A stretch of DNA of 64,000 bases from positions 7,673 to 71,672 of IMG/VR virus record IMGVR_UViG_3300013767_000188; one strand, written 5' to 3'. Every line of letters begins with the position of its first letter. The stretch's first letter is position 1. The notes under the pieces were generated by a model, which was not told where the DNA came from, ran no database searches, and saw only the letters and a program-made list of their open reading frames with translations. This stretch comes from a virus. Below, piece by piece: positions 19,150 to 29,334 of the stretch. Both the position numbers and the translations under genes were made by a program.

Positions 19150-19695
19150 TTACATGAACTTCATTTTGGCTTCGAGAACCCTGACGCGGCTATCAAGGTC
19201 GCTGTTGGCCGCGCCTCCCGCGCCACCGGCTGCACCGTAGCCGGCACCACCAGACCCACCCTCGGGCACGAAAGTCGGCGCGGGCAGGGCGATCGAGTTG
19301 CGCAAGTCGGCAATCTGCTCTCTGAGCGGGTCGACATGCTCGCGGAGGAACGCGTTCATGCTCTCGTCGATCGTCTGCATGTGCGCGGTCAGTTCTTCCT
19401 GCAGCTTCGACAGAAGCGCATTGACCTGGTCCTCGCTGAACGCCGCGACGATCTGGACTCGGATTTCTTCGAGCTTGCGGTCGAGCACGTCCATGGTAAG
19501 CGGCTCGTCCGCCTTGGGTTCGGTCTCGTCGCCGGTGACCTCGTAGGCGCCTTCAACTACTTCCGGTCCCGCCGAACCCGACGTGGGTGCTGCTGGTGCA
19601 GCAACATCGGCCGTCGTTCCGGAGACTTGCGTCGAAGCGTCTGCCGGCGCTGTGAGATCAATCGATTGCTTTTGCGTTCCGTCGCCGTTGTCCAT
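19150..19695 (-). CDS. Hypothetical acidic coiled-coil protein
   Basis: 181-aa ORF in head operon. Confidence 0.6.
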   Translation of the reverse strand: MDNGDGTQKQSIDLTAPADASTQVSGTTADVAAPAAPTSGSAGPEVVEGAYEVTGDETEPKADEPLTMDVLDRKLEEIRVQIVAAFSEDQVNALLSKLQEELTAHMQTIDESMNAFLREHVDPLREQIADLRNSIALPAPTFVPEGGSGGAGYGAAGGAGGAANSDLDSRVRVLEAKMKFM

Positions 19696-19714
19696 GGTGC
19701 TGTCCTACTGCTGG

Positions 19715-20518
19715 TTAAAATCCCGGGATGATGGATTTGCTGACACATCGGCAGTTCGGCTCTTCGCCGGGGAAGATGTGACGGCCAAGGGCTGGATCGA
19801 GCCAACCCTCCTTGATGTCGTAACGGGTTTTCTCGCGACCGGCTTTCAGGTGCGTGGGGCGCGGATGCTTCCCGCCGCCGCTGTGAACCCAAATTGCTTC
19901 CGTGACGCCGATCTCGTCTTGGCGCGCGCGGTTCATCGACGCGGTCGCCTTGTTGTTCTGGTCTCGCGCAATGAAGGCAGCGCGGCGCTTCGTGATGCCG
20001 AATTGGTCTTGCAGATCGGTGGTCAGCTGGCCTAGGTCACGGCCATTCTGCACCGACCGCATGACGATGCCTTCGATCTGCGTGAAGTACCGGCTGGGGA
20101 TCGACTTGATCAGCGAGACCTGCTGATTGATCGTCGCCTGCATGATATCGCGTGCTGCCGGCGTCATCTTGAACCGCACGCTGATGCCAGCCTGACGCAG
20201 GATCGAGCGCAGCGCGGAATCCGATCGCGCGGTAACGTCGGTCGCGAACCAGTCGGCCAGGGCAGGGGCGGCTTCATTGAACTTGCGCTGCCATCTGTCC
20301 GCGAGCCGCTTGACGGCGGCGCGCAGCGCGGTCGACGGCAACACGTCGTCTTGCGCAATGATCGGCTCGTTGTTGCGATATGACGACTTCAGCCAGAAGA
20401 CGACCGAGTCGTTCATTTCGTCAACGAGCTTCTGCAGCTTGCGCCGATACGCGGCCGCGGTGCCTGCATTCGCGTGGACCGGACGCAGCACCTTGTCTTT
20501 TCTGGATACTGCAGCCAC
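19715..20518 (-). CDS. Minor head protein (MuF / SPP1 gp7 family)
   Basis: RAAFIARDQNNK, W..S..HPRPTH, PGEEPNCRC. Confidence 0.9.
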   Translation of the reverse strand: MAAVSRKDKVLRPVHANAGTAAAYRRKLQKLVDEMNDSVVFWLKSSYRNNEPIIAQDDVLPSTALRAAVKRLADRWQRKFNEAAPALADWFATDVTARSDSALRSILRQAGISVRFKMTPAARDIMQATINQQVSLIKSIPSRYFTQIEGIVMRSVQNGRDLGQLTTDLQDQFGITKRRAAFIARDQNNKATASMNRARQDEIGVTEAIWVHSGGGKHPRPTHLKAGREKTRYDIKEGWLDPALGRHIFPGEEPNCRCVSKSIIPGF

Positions 20519-20523
20519 CGGGG

Positions 20524-22212
20524 TTACGCCGCCTTGCGGGTCTCGCCGCTGTCCTCGTCGTCTTCCGATTCCTCGTCGTCACCGGCGGCGTCGATATCGC
20601 CGTCCGTATTTTCATCAGCAGGCGGCTCCGGCACGTCATCCACGTCGAGGCCGGGATATGGCGTATCAGGATCGCTGGCGATGCGCGCGCGTTCTTCTTC
20701 GGGGTGCAGCGTGCCGTCATCGATGAGGATCTGGCCGGTCTCGGCTTTGATCTTGTCGACTTCGGCTTGCCCCTTTTCGTCGAGCGACCAAAGCGGCTCG
20801 TAGATGAACGAGATATCCGGATCGACCTTGCCCCAAATGTTGATCTGGGCGAACGCGATCACGGTGCGCAGGTGGCGCGTAAAGAACTTCTCCTGAAATG
20901 CGTGGATCGAATCGTAGAAAACGCGGATCTCGGGCTCTGCGGTGCCATTCAGACCGTGCGGCGATATGCCGAGCAGCTTGACCAGCGGAATGCGGCTGAC
21001 GGCCGCCATGTGTTCCTGTGCCTGAGCCTGCAGTGCGTCCAGCGTTCCTAGCGGAGCCGCGACGTTCTGGAATTCCTCGCTTTCCTTGTCCAGCACCATC
21101 GTCCCGCGATTGTTGCGGATGTTGTTGAACAGGTCGACGCGGTCGAAAAGCTCGTTACCCTGCGGCGACAGGTCGGCGCCCATGTTGGTGCTGAGCACGA
21201 AGACTGAGAATGCCTGGACGATGTCGGCAACGCTCTGGCGCACGCCGAGCCAGTTGTCGACATAGGGCTTGGCCATCTGGGACATGGCGAGACCGCCGAA
21301 CGCGTATGCCGGCTTGAGCATGTCCGGCACTTCGCGGCCGACAAAGCGCAGCAGCCGAGAGACGTGGACTTCCTTGCCCTGAACGAACCAGCCCTGCGGA
21401 TTGTACCAATCTTCCTTGAGCGGGTCGTTCGAGTTGTACGATGCCGGATAACACCAGATCGGCTCGACGACCGCGAGGCGCTTGAAGTCGCCTTTGGCGA
21501 ATTTGCCTTCCGACATCTTGTCGAAGCCGTCGCCGATCGGCGTCTTGAGCTCCGCCGGGTCGTCCGTCTTGCCGGTGTCGATGTACAGATGCGCGCGGCC
21601 GAACAGACCGTCGACCTCGCAGAGTTTGCAGAACATGTCCCGCACGCGGAGGCGGTCCAGTTCCTCATTCAGTTCCTCAATCTGCCTGGTCTTGTCGGTG
21701 TCGCCCTTGACCTGCAGCTTGATCCACTTGCGGGTCATTTCCGTCGCGATGGTCTCGCTGATGACGCGGTATTCCGGACGCTGAGCCAGTTCGGCCAGGT
21801 ACGTGTATCCGAGGAACGTGACACCTTCGACGAACGCCGAATTCGCGATGTTGCCCCATGCCGAGTTTGCAAAGGCGTTGACGTTCGTAATGTTCTCGTC
21901 CTTCGCCATCCCGTCATTGTCGGGGATCGCCGACTTCGGGAAGTCGGGCAGGCGAAACGGAGTGGTTGTAGGCGCTGTCGCAGGCCTGCGCGTGTTCTGC
22001 TTTGACCTCTGCAGGATGTCAGGCGTGATCCTGATCGGCCTGCGAGACAGGACTGCAGGAGCGGGCGCAGCCGTGGCAACCGGCTTTGCCTTCGCAGCAG
22101 CGCGCGGCTTCTTCGCCGGCGCGCGCCGAGGACGTGCAACGGCTTGCTCCATGAATGTCATCGCGATCTGAGTGGCGATTTGCTTCACGAGCTTTTTCCG
22201 GCTTTTCTTCAC
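20524..22212 (-). CDS. Portal protein (DUF1073-like)
   Basis: LAELAQRPEY..MTRKW, VHVSRLL, IPLVKLLGISPHGLN; follows terminase. Confidence 0.9.
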   Translation of the reverse strand: MKKSRKKLVKQIATQIAMTFMEQAVARPRRAPAKKPRAAAKAKPVATAAPAPAVLSRRPIRITPDILQRSKQNTRRPATAPTTTPFRLPDFPKSAIPDNDGMAKDENITNVNAFANSAWGNIANSAFVEGVTFLGYTYLAELAQRPEYRVISETIATEMTRKWIKLQVKGDTDKTRQIEELNEELDRLRVRDMFCKLCEVDGLFGRAHLYIDTGKTDDPAELKTPIGDGFDKMSEGKFAKGDFKRLAVVEPIWCYPASYNSNDPLKEDWYNPQGWFVQGKEVHVSRLLRFVGREVPDMLKPAYAFGGLAMSQMAKPYVDNWLGVRQSVADIVQAFSVFVLSTNMGADLSPQGNELFDRVDLFNNIRNNRGTMVLDKESEEFQNVAAPLGTLDALQAQAQEHMAAVSRIPLVKLLGISPHGLNGTAEPEIRVFYDSIHAFQEKFFTRHLRTVIAFAQINIWGKVDPDISFIYEPLWSLDEKGQAEVDKIKAETGQILIDDGTLHPEEERARIASDPDTPYPGLDVDDVPEPPADENTDGDIDAAGDDEESEDDEDSGETRKAA

Positions 22213-23933
22213 CGACGCCTCATCATCGGCTGTCGCGAGCGCGCCAGCATTTCCGGAGAAATCACCATCGGCCGCTTAACTGGTATCGGCCAGAACGCCA
22301 TGATGATCGCATCCGCAAGGTTGGGGGACTTCGTGCCTTCCGGCGTCTTGTCGATGAGCATTTTCATGCTGCTACTGAGTCCAGCGGTCGGCTGGCTTAG
22401 CTCTTTTTCGATCTTGCGCAGGTTCGGCAGATCGCGCGGCAGACTGATGAGTTCGTCCGGCTGGTATGTGAAGTTCGCGTGTTCAGCATCGCCTTTGCGC
22501 TTTTGAACGGCGCGCCACGTCCTTTCGAATCGGCGGCGCACTTCCCACCACGCCTGAGCCTTCAGGTTCTGGTAAAAATCTTTGTTGATCGGCGACTGCT
22601 TGTCGCCATCGATGAGGTGCCTATCGGGGTGCAGCACCTCGTCGCCGGCGTTCCAAGGCACAAGGAAGATGTCCCTCGGCATCAGCTTTTCGTCGATCAG
22701 GCGGTTTGTTTCCCCCTTGATGCCGGCGCCTATGCCGATGCAATCGTACTGCAGATCGATCTTTCCGAGGTTTCGGCAACCATCAACGGCGCGGCGCGCG
22801 GTGATCGCGGTATCGCGCTCGCCCCATTCTTCGACGCTCTTGAGGATGACGCCCTTGCGCTTTGCCAGCGCGTTCGTGTCGCCACCACCGTCGGCAACGT
22901 CCAGCGCGGCAACCCAGCCGCCGCTGTCATCGAAGCCCAGGGCCTCGTGCGCGCCGATCGCGGCCTTGACCCACTCGGCAGGAATGACCACGCCTTCAAT
23001 TGCGGCGAAGTAGTTTCGATCGACTTCCTGTGCAAAGACATGCAGCAGGCCGTCGTCGACCGCCTTCTTGCGGCGCATGTCGTACCATTCCTGAGATTTG
23101 GCCGGATGGTCGCGCCAGTCCATCACAAGGACTTGCGTCCGGCCCTTCTCAATCGGGACGCCACGTTGCCAGTCGAACCCGGCCTCACGGCGCCGGTGAA
23201 AGACGTTTCCCGGGCCATTGACGGAACTGATATCGATTTGGACGCGGGTGTTGTCGGCGAGCGCCGCTTCGATCTTCTCGGGCCGCTTGTAGTGCGCCGA
23301 CTCGTCCTTGAAGAAAATCCGCTTTCGACCACCGCGACCGATGTTGTCGCCAGTGTCGCCGGTGATGGTCGCATCCGTTTCCGGATTGACCACCTTCATG
23401 AACGACATGTGGACGTTGGGGTTGAACCCAACGGGCAGGAACTCGGACGGCAGGCCGCGGATCAGCATTCGAATCTTTTCGAAGATGCTGTCGGTGTCGC
23501 CTAGCTTGTCGACGAGGTCTTGTTCGCGGCTGCCCCAGCCGATCGACGTTCCGGGCGAGAACCGCCAGAGCCAGACTGTGAAGGCAACGCAAACCCACGT
23601 CGCGCCCATGTCGCGGCATTTCTCGACGAGGCCGCTTTCCTCTCCGTTGAGGCAATCGAGCAGGAACGTGACGAGGTCTTCTTGCCGCTCGAACAGAATG
23701 AACGGCATGCGAGCCGGTGTATCTGTGCCGGCGTTACGAGGATCGTAGGTATCGCACCAATGGTTGATGAACTCGATCGGGTGCGTGCGATAGAATTCCA
23801 GCGCGCCGACAAGCATGTCGGGCGAGGATCTGATCTTGAGCAGCTGCGCCTGGCGCCAAGCCCAAACCGAAACGTAATCCGGTGGCCAGCTCTCGCGTTT
23901 AACCGTTGCTGGAACCTGAAAGGGTACTGGCAT
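22209..23933 (-). CDS. terL: Terminase large subunit
   Basis: EKCRDMGATW ATPase motif, RGGR..FKDESAH, LDVADGGGD, SPNLADA nuclease motifs. Confidence 0.93.
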   Translation of the reverse strand: MPVPFQVPATVKRESWPPDYVSVWAWRQAQLLKIRSSPDMLVGALEFYRTHPIEFINHWCDTYDPRNAGTDTPARMPFILFERQEDLVTFLLDCLNGEESGLVEKCRDMGATWVCVAFTVWLWRFSPGTSIGWGSREQDLVDKLGDTDSIFEKIRMLIRGLPSEFLPVGFNPNVHMSFMKVVNPETDATITGDTGDNIGRGGRKRIFFKDESAHYKRPEKIEAALADNTRVQIDISSVNGPGNVFHRRREAGFDWQRGVPIEKGRTQVLVMDWRDHPAKSQEWYDMRRKKAVDDGLLHVFAQEVDRNYFAAIEGVVIPAEWVKAAIGAHEALGFDDSGGWVAALDVADGGGDTNALAKRKGVILKSVEEWGERDTAITARRAVDGCRNLGKIDLQYDCIGIGAGIKGETNRLIDEKLMPRDIFLVPWNAGDEVLHPDRHLIDGDKQSPINKDFYQNLKAQAWWEVRRRFERTWRAVQKRKGDAEHANFTYQPDELISLPRDLPNLRKIEKELSQPTAGLSSSMKMLIDKTPEGTKSPNLADAIIMAFWPIPVKRPMVISPEMLARSRQPMMRRR

Positions 23934-24345
23934 AAGCAGCGGCAGCCTGTTGCGGCGTCATCTTGCCGGTGACGGTCTCGATGGGCCCGCCGCCCTTGCC
24001 GGTGAGCTCGAGCAGCGCCTTGTCGGTTTCACCGAGGTGGACCTTCCTCAGGTGAATGGTCATTTGCACACCGGCGCTGTTCGCCATCTGCATATGCTTG
24101 AACGACTGGCGTTTGATGCTGAGCTTGCCGAGGTTCTGCGCGCGGTTGAACAGATCGCGATACTTCGGTTCGGCAAGGCGACGCTTCATGGTCCGAAGCG
24201 ACACGTCGAAGAACGCAGCAAGTTCTTCGACAGTACATTGAAGCTTTGCGGCCTGCGCAAAGCTTACTTCATCGATTCGCACGCGCTTTCGGCCGCCCGT
24301 ATCTTCGTCTTCCAAGTCGACCGGAGGAGACTTCCTTTTCGGCAC
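23899..24345 (-). CDS. terS: Terminase small subunit (putative)
   Basis: HTH CTVEELAAFFDVSLRT; C-terminal ELTGKGGGPIE; overlaps terL; GAGG 6 nt before GTG 24345. Confidence 0.75.
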   Translation of the reverse strand: MPKRKSPPVDLEDEDTGGRKRVRIDEVSFAQAAKLQCTVEELAAFFDVSLRTMKRRLAEPKYRDLFNRAQNLGKLSIKRQSFKHMQMANSAGVQMTIHLRKVHLGETDKALLELTGKGGGPIETVTGKMTPQQAAAAYASTLSGSSNG

Positions 24346-24455
24346 AGCAGACCTCAAGCAGAACTGACAGTAGAGTGAAGGTTACAAAAAGAGTAGAAAA
24401 GACAGAGACATGAGAGCACAATCTGAGACTTAACACGAACTCAGAGGAGGCGGCA

Positions 24456-25265
24456 TTGTCGGCACCGGCGCTGAACGACGACGGCATTTCAATCAAGGGC
24501 TGCAGCTTCATCTATCCGCCGCGCGGACAGGCGGGCGAATACTCGGCACTCGCGGCGAACCCCTATCGAGGCTGCGGCCATAAGTGCGCGTACTGCTATG
24601 TGCCGCGCGTCACGAAACAGGATCGCGGCGAATTCAACGCCGGCGCTGTTGATCGCGCCAACTATCTCACGCATCTGCGCAAGGATGCGGTGAAGTACAA
24701 AGCGGCCGGCATCACCGAACAGGTGATGATCTCGTTCACGTCAGACCCATACCATCCCGGCGATAGCACGCTGACGCGGCAGTCGTTCGAACTCATGATC
24801 GAACACGGCCTCGGCATCTGCGCGCTGACCAAGGGCGGCACGCGCGCGCTGCGCGATATCGACTTGTTCAGACCGGACCGGGACGCCTTCGCGTCGACAC
24901 TCACGAGCCTGGATGACAGGTTTTCGCAGAAGTGGGAGAGTGGCGCTGCGATGCCGGGGGACCGGATGAACGCGCTCAAGGCCTTCCACGAAAAGGGCAT
25001 CTACACGTGGGTCAGTCTCGAGCCCACAATCGACGTTGAAGCCAGCCTCTCAATCGTCGAGGCGACGCATTCGTTCGTCGATCTCTACAAAGTCGGCAGG
25101 GTCAACTATCTGCCGATCACGAAGACCACTGATTGGGAAGGCTACACCCACCGGATGATCGACCGGCTGCACCAGCTGGGCAAAGCCCACTACATAAAAC
25201 GCGATCTCCAAAAATTCTTACCAGCCAACTACCACAACCCGTTGCGCGTGCCGCAGCATCACTGA
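24456..25265 (+). CDS. Radical SAM protein (spore photoproduct lyase-like family)
   Basis: NPYRGCGHKCAYCY (CxxxCxxC), SDPY, LTKG, SLEP; GGAGG before TTG. Confidence 0.85.
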   Translation: MSAPALNDDGISIKGCSFIYPPRGQAGEYSALAANPYRGCGHKCAYCYVPRVTKQDRGEFNAGAVDRANYLTHLRKDAVKYKAAGITEQVMISFTSDPYHPGDSTLTRQSFELMIEHGLGICALTKGGTRALRDIDLFRPDRDAFASTLTSLDDRFSQKWESGAAMPGDRMNALKAFHEKGIYTWVSLEPTIDVEASLSIVEATHSFVDLYKVGRVNYLPITKTTDWEGYTHRMIDRLHQLGKAHYIKRDLQKFLPANYHNPLRVPQHH

Positions 25266-25691
25266 GGGCAGGGCGATGAAACAGAAAATCTCTGCTATCC
25301 TCGCGCGGCTTCAATGGCTGGTCCGCAGAACACAGCCAGACCCGTCGGCTCCCTCGATCAACCCGATTGACCACGAGCAGACCAAATGACGCCCGCCGAA
25401 CTCCTGCTTTACGTGGCGCTGGTCGGCATTGTTGCGCTGACGATGGCCATCGTGGGAGCGTGGTGGTTTCTCAGCTGGGTCTGGTCGTGGACGCCAGACC
25501 CGTACAACGATTGAGGCCAATATGATCGATAAGACAACCTTCGAGCGACTGAGGGCGCTCGCACGCAGCCACTACGAGAGAGCCATCAAAGAACACGAGG
25601 ACAGCGCAGCGAAAGTGGCGGACTTGACGTTGGAGTGGGTGAAGATCGATGAAGACATCGATGGCCTTGAAGCAATCTACGAATTGGAGCT

Positions 25692-26300
25692 CTAACCCTT
25701 TCCCTTGAGCACCAGCCCGATGTACCGCATGGCGGCCCCGGTCTTGCCTTCGGCCTGCCACTGCTTTTCGATGGTGCAGTTCATCCGGCGCGCGAGGCCT
25801 GCGATGGCCTTCGCGATCACCGCGTCCTGTTTCTTGCTCAGTCCTACGATGCCGGTTTTCAACCCTGTCAGCAGGCCAATGGCTTCTGGGATGATGTTCG
25901 ACTTGTAAGCGAACCCGCCGCCCTCGGTCAGGACCAACCCGAAAAGCTCCCCCGGCGCGACGCGCCGCCGATCGGCAATGATGATGGCCTGATGCCACGG
26001 CGAGCCGTAGGCATCGAGGTCGAAGAGGCTAAACTCGGCCAGGTTAGCGACGCGCAACACGCGGCGATTGTCGGCCGCGAACATGAGGCGGCCGTCGCGC
26101 TGCGGCTTGAGATCGCAGCCGGTATAGCCCTTCGCGTCTTTCCAGACCGCGGAATACATTTCGCCGGAGCCAGCGAAGGCATCGAAGACTACGACATCAC
26201 GCCCGACAACTTCCAGGACGCGACGTCGAATCTCAACCTTCGCACGGAATGCCTGCCGATTATTGTCTGTCTTCCCCGGCCCCTTCTTGTCGAGGGACAT
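25692..26300 (-). CDS. Class I SAM-dependent methyltransferase-like protein
   Basis: Motif I VFDAFAGSG; motif IV-like FDLDAYGSP. Confidence 0.75.
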   Translation of the reverse strand: MSLDKKGPGKTDNNRQAFRAKVEIRRRVLEVVGRDVVVFDAFAGSGEMYSAVWKDAKGYTGCDLKPQRDGRLMFAADNRRVLRVANLAEFSLFDLDAYGSPWHQAIIIADRRRVAPGELFGLVLTEGGGFAYKSNIIPEAIGLLTGLKTGIVGLSKKQDAVIAKAIAGLARRMNCTIEKQWQAEGKTGAAMRYIGLVLKGKG

Positions 26301-26518
26301 CAGACCACCGTGACGTTGATCGCCTTGCGCCCATCGCCCTTGTTCGACGAACCGAGCTCGTAGGTCACGCGCTGGTCGACGAGCAGCATTTCGTTGCCGA
26401 CCAGGTCGGTGCGATGCACGAACACATCCATCGACTTGTCGTCGGGGATGATGAACCCGAACCCCTTTTGCTCCGAGAAGAACTTGACCTTACCTGACTG
26501 CTTGACGTGGACGCTCAT
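26300..26518 (-). CDS. Cold-shock domain protein
   Basis: GKVKFFSEQKGFGFI (RNP1), DVFVH (RNP2). Confidence 0.92.
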   Translation of the reverse strand: MSVHVKQSGKVKFFSEQKGFGFIIPDDKSMDVFVHRTDLVGNEMLLVDQRVTYELGSSNKGDGRKAINVTVV

Positions 26519-26547
26519 TGACGCAACCTTGGTGCTGGTGGTGTGGC

Positions 26548-26718
26548 TCAGGCAGCTTTCAGTGTGGCGGCGAGGAATGGGCCACGCCGGACCGTGTCGC
26601 CCTCGAACCATACGCATTCGACGCGCAGGCCTGTATCCGACACCGCCTCGACGGTCATCTTCGGCGTGGAACCGGACTTCAAGCGCACGACATCGCCTGG
26701 ACTGAACTGTGCGGACAT
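26548..26718 (-). CDS. YodC/DUF2158-like small protein (absent from ORF track)
   Basis: Hand translation MSAQFSPGDVVRLKSGSTPKMTVEAV...VECVWFEG...F...LKAA. Confidence 0.8.
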   Translation of the reverse strand: MSAQFSPGDVVRLKSGSTPKMTVEAVSDTGLRVECVWFEGDTVRRGPFLAATLKAA

Positions 26719-26722
26719 ACTG

Positions 26723-27328
26723 TTACCCGAGGTTGATGGTGCCCTGTTCGACGGTGACGCCGGCGAACGGCTTCATCGCATCCTGTAAAATTCTAAGCAC
26801 TTTTGCCTGATGGGCGAGGGGACCGCGAAGGCTGATCCAGAACTCATCGTCGACCGGGCCGGTCTCGATTTCGCGGACTTCCAGATCGGCTGGTTCGTCG
26901 AGCAGGCCCTTGAGCTCGCCGGGCGAAAAACCGAGGACGAGGGCATCTTCTCCTTCGTCCTGCAGTTCGAGCAGCACACCGCGCAGGATTTCATCATCCC
27001 ACCGGCTGTTCTCGCCGATTTTGTTTAGAGCTAGCCCTAACGCTTTGTAACCGGCTTCGGATAAACCATCGATCACCCGGCACTCTACCTCGGTGCGCTC
27101 CATCCGCTTGAGGGCTTCGAGACGCGCGTGACCGCCGATGATTTGGCCGTCTGGTCGCACCACCAGCATCTCGACATAGCCGAAACGCTCGATTGCGCCG
27201 ACGATCTGCGAGATTTGCGCTTCGCTGTGGCGGCGCGCGTTGCGTGGATCGGCAGTCAGGGACGCAATCTGTCGCACCTCGACAGTTGCGGCAGGTACAC
27301 CAGCCGCCGCGGCTTTCGCTTTAGACAC
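26723..27328 (-). CDS. ParB/Srx N-terminal domain protein
   Basis: PRNARRHSEAQI, IIGGHARLEA, ALNKIGENSRWD. Confidence 0.88.
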   Translation of the reverse strand: MSKAKAAAAGVPAATVEVRQIASLTADPRNARRHSEAQISQIVGAIERFGYVEMLVVRPDGQIIGGHARLEALKRMERTEVECRVIDGLSEAGYKALGLALNKIGENSRWDDEILRGVLLELQDEGEDALVLGFSPGELKGLLDEPADLEVREIETGPVDDEFWISLRGPLAHQAKVLRILQDAMKPFAGVTVEQGTINLG

Positions 27329-27786
27329 TGAAACGCACTCCTGAACGGCCAGTTAAAAATTCTGTCGCATGGCGAACACAAAGCTGACAGACTGGACACT
27401 CGACCAGAAAACCCTATCGGGGACGGCCTATGCACTCGGGTGACGACGGGGCAACCCGGCAACTGACCGAACGCTACATCGCGTTCTTGCGGAGCGAGCT
27501 GACTGCCTCAATGCTGGAATTGTACGGGGCCGCGGATCTCCGCTACTTCGTCTTGCCCGATCCCTTGTTGCAGTCAGCCCTCGATCGACAGCCACCGTCA
27601 AGACGTGCGGCCGTCGTACTCGAGGCGATCGGCGCCGCTGAGGTCAGTTACCCAGCAGGTGATCAAGTCGCCGATAAGCGCGAGCCAGCTCATCAGCATT
27701 GACCTTGAACGCATCCATTTCAGCCTGACGTTCCACTTCGCCGGCGCGCTTGCCGTTGCGGCGATCACGCTTGGCTGCGGCGAGAG

Positions 27787-28110
27787 CTAGGCGTTCGTCA
27801 GCGCGTTGCCGCTTTGCGAGAGCGCGAAGGTTCTCGCGATGGTGGCGCTGCCCGCTTGCGTGGATGTTGCGGAACACTGTGCTGCTCGCTTCTTGTCGAG
27901 GGCTGACTGACCTGGTGCTGGGTCGCCGCAGATTTCGGCGGTGAGAGACTTCACGGCGAGAACGCGGCGCGCGCGATCTTCGAGAACATGGGCCGGTGCC
28001 GCTGGGCCCGGTGTGACGAGGTGCGGCCCGTGCGGGTTGCGGTACATCTCGCGCTCCGCTTCTCGGTCGCGCTCTGATTTCTGACGAACGTACTTCCGGT
28101 TCGACGTCAT
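27787..28110 (-). CDS. Hypothetical protein
   Basis: MTSNRKY...GDPAPGQSALD; part of coupled small-ORF run. Confidence 0.5.
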   Translation of the reverse strand: MTSNRKYVRQKSERDREAEREMYRNPHGPHLVTPGPAAPAHVLEDRARRVLAVKSLTAEICGDPAPGQSALDKKRAAQCSATSTQAGSATIARTFALSQSGNALTNA

Positions 28111-28509
28111 GGAATCTGTGTGAGGATGGCGATGCAGCCGGAGACGATTGCTGCGGCAATCGCCCAAAGCGACCATGTGTCGCGGATAGTCGGAAAGCCG
28201 TTGTACGTCCGAACGGCCTTCCGTCGCTGCACTCCGAAATGTCGGCTCATGTCGTCTCGCGGTTCGTACCCGAAGAAGTTGCGGCTCATTTCGGACCAAC
28301 GATGTACAGGGTGATTGCCGCCCCAATGCATGCGAGCGGAAACGCGCTGACGATTCCTGCCAGTGCTATAGTTTCGAGATCGGATGTTCTTAGCCAGCTT
28401 TCAACCACGTCGCGCCAATCGCGCTTCGGATACAGCGGCTTTAGCTCTCGTTGGCGTGCAGCGATCAGGTCCGCCAAATCCGGCTTGGGCGGCTTGACGT
28501 TCGGAACAC

Positions 28510-29001
28510 TCACGGTGTCAGCTTCCCGTCGCGGATGAACCCGTGCCAGCAGTTGCGCGGGCCCATGAAGAACGAACCAGCCCCAGCACCACAGGTCGGA
28601 CCGTTCTTGTCGACGGTGATGCGCTCGCCAATCGTGCCTTGTCGTACCCAGCAACGATGCGTCGGCTCATCAGGCAACGTGCAGTTGCTGGCGCGGCCTT
28701 CGATGTTCCAGGCTGTGTTGCCGGCGTACCCCTCATCCCCTGCGACGACGCAGAAGATCGAATGACCATCCTTGCCAGCGCGCGGATAATCGTCGGCATG
28801 AGAGCCTTTGCGACGTGGCGACGCGTACAGCGCGCCGATCGGTAACTCGCGGGATGAGCATTCCTCGCCTGTGGCCATGTTGCGCATGATTGGCGATGAT
28901 ATCGCACCTTCGAAGGGACCGCGGCGAAGCTCGCCGCTTTCGTCGAACGTGTATTCCCACCACGAGGTCTCGAAGACTTCGCCGCCGTTGATGGTCATCA
29001 C
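28510..29001 (-). CDS. Hypothetical Cys/His protein with DUF6527-like C-terminus
   Basis: RASNC..HRCWVR..TCGAGAGS..WHGFIRDG. Confidence 0.6.
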   Translation of the reverse strand: MMTINGGEVFETSWWEYTFDESGELRRGPFEGAISSPIMRNMATGEECSSRELPIGALYASPRRKGSHADDYPRAGKDGHSIFCVVAGDEGYAGNTAWNIEGRASNCTLPDEPTHRCWVRQGTIGERITVDKNGPTCGAGAGSFFMGPRNCWHGFIRDGKLTP

Positions 29002-29334
29002 TCAGTCCTGCGTCTCGATGAGGAAGCTGTCGACGCCGGCCGGAATCGGCGGCATCGCGACGAAGTCCGAACGCTTGTGCCAGCTGTCAGAACAGAACTG
29101 GATCACGCCGCCCGTGATGATGTAGTGGCAGACCCGTTCCTCGCCGTTCGGTCGCTCCGACTGATCGCCGATCTCTTGGTAGAACGTCTGCTTGAAGCTT
29201 GGCGAGAACGTCGGCGTTTCGAGATTGCCGTCGAACTTCCAGCTATCCGGCAGCGGGTGCATTTGCTCGCACGCCGGACACCAATGGAAGAACTGCGTCG
29301 GCCCCCGACGCATCACGCTGCTGACCTGGCTCAT
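29002..29334 (-). CDS. DUF6527-like metal-binding protein
   Basis: HWCPACEQMH, WKFDGN..PTFSPS, CHYIITGG..FCSDSWH. Confidence 0.7.
   Translation of the reverse strand: MSQVSSVMRRGPTQFFHWCPACEQMHPLPDSWKFDGNLETPTFSPSFKQTFYQEIGDQSERPNGEERVCHYIITGGVIQFCSDSWHKRSDFVAMPPIPAGVDSFLIETQD

Noticed and set aside
19715-20518. MuF polymorphic toxin
   Set aside because: The protein ends right after the NCRC motif with no toxin extension
20524-22212. DUF1073 as an anti-CBASS (Acb1) gene
   Set aside because: Size and position after terL indicate the portal; no HxT phosphodiesterase domain seen
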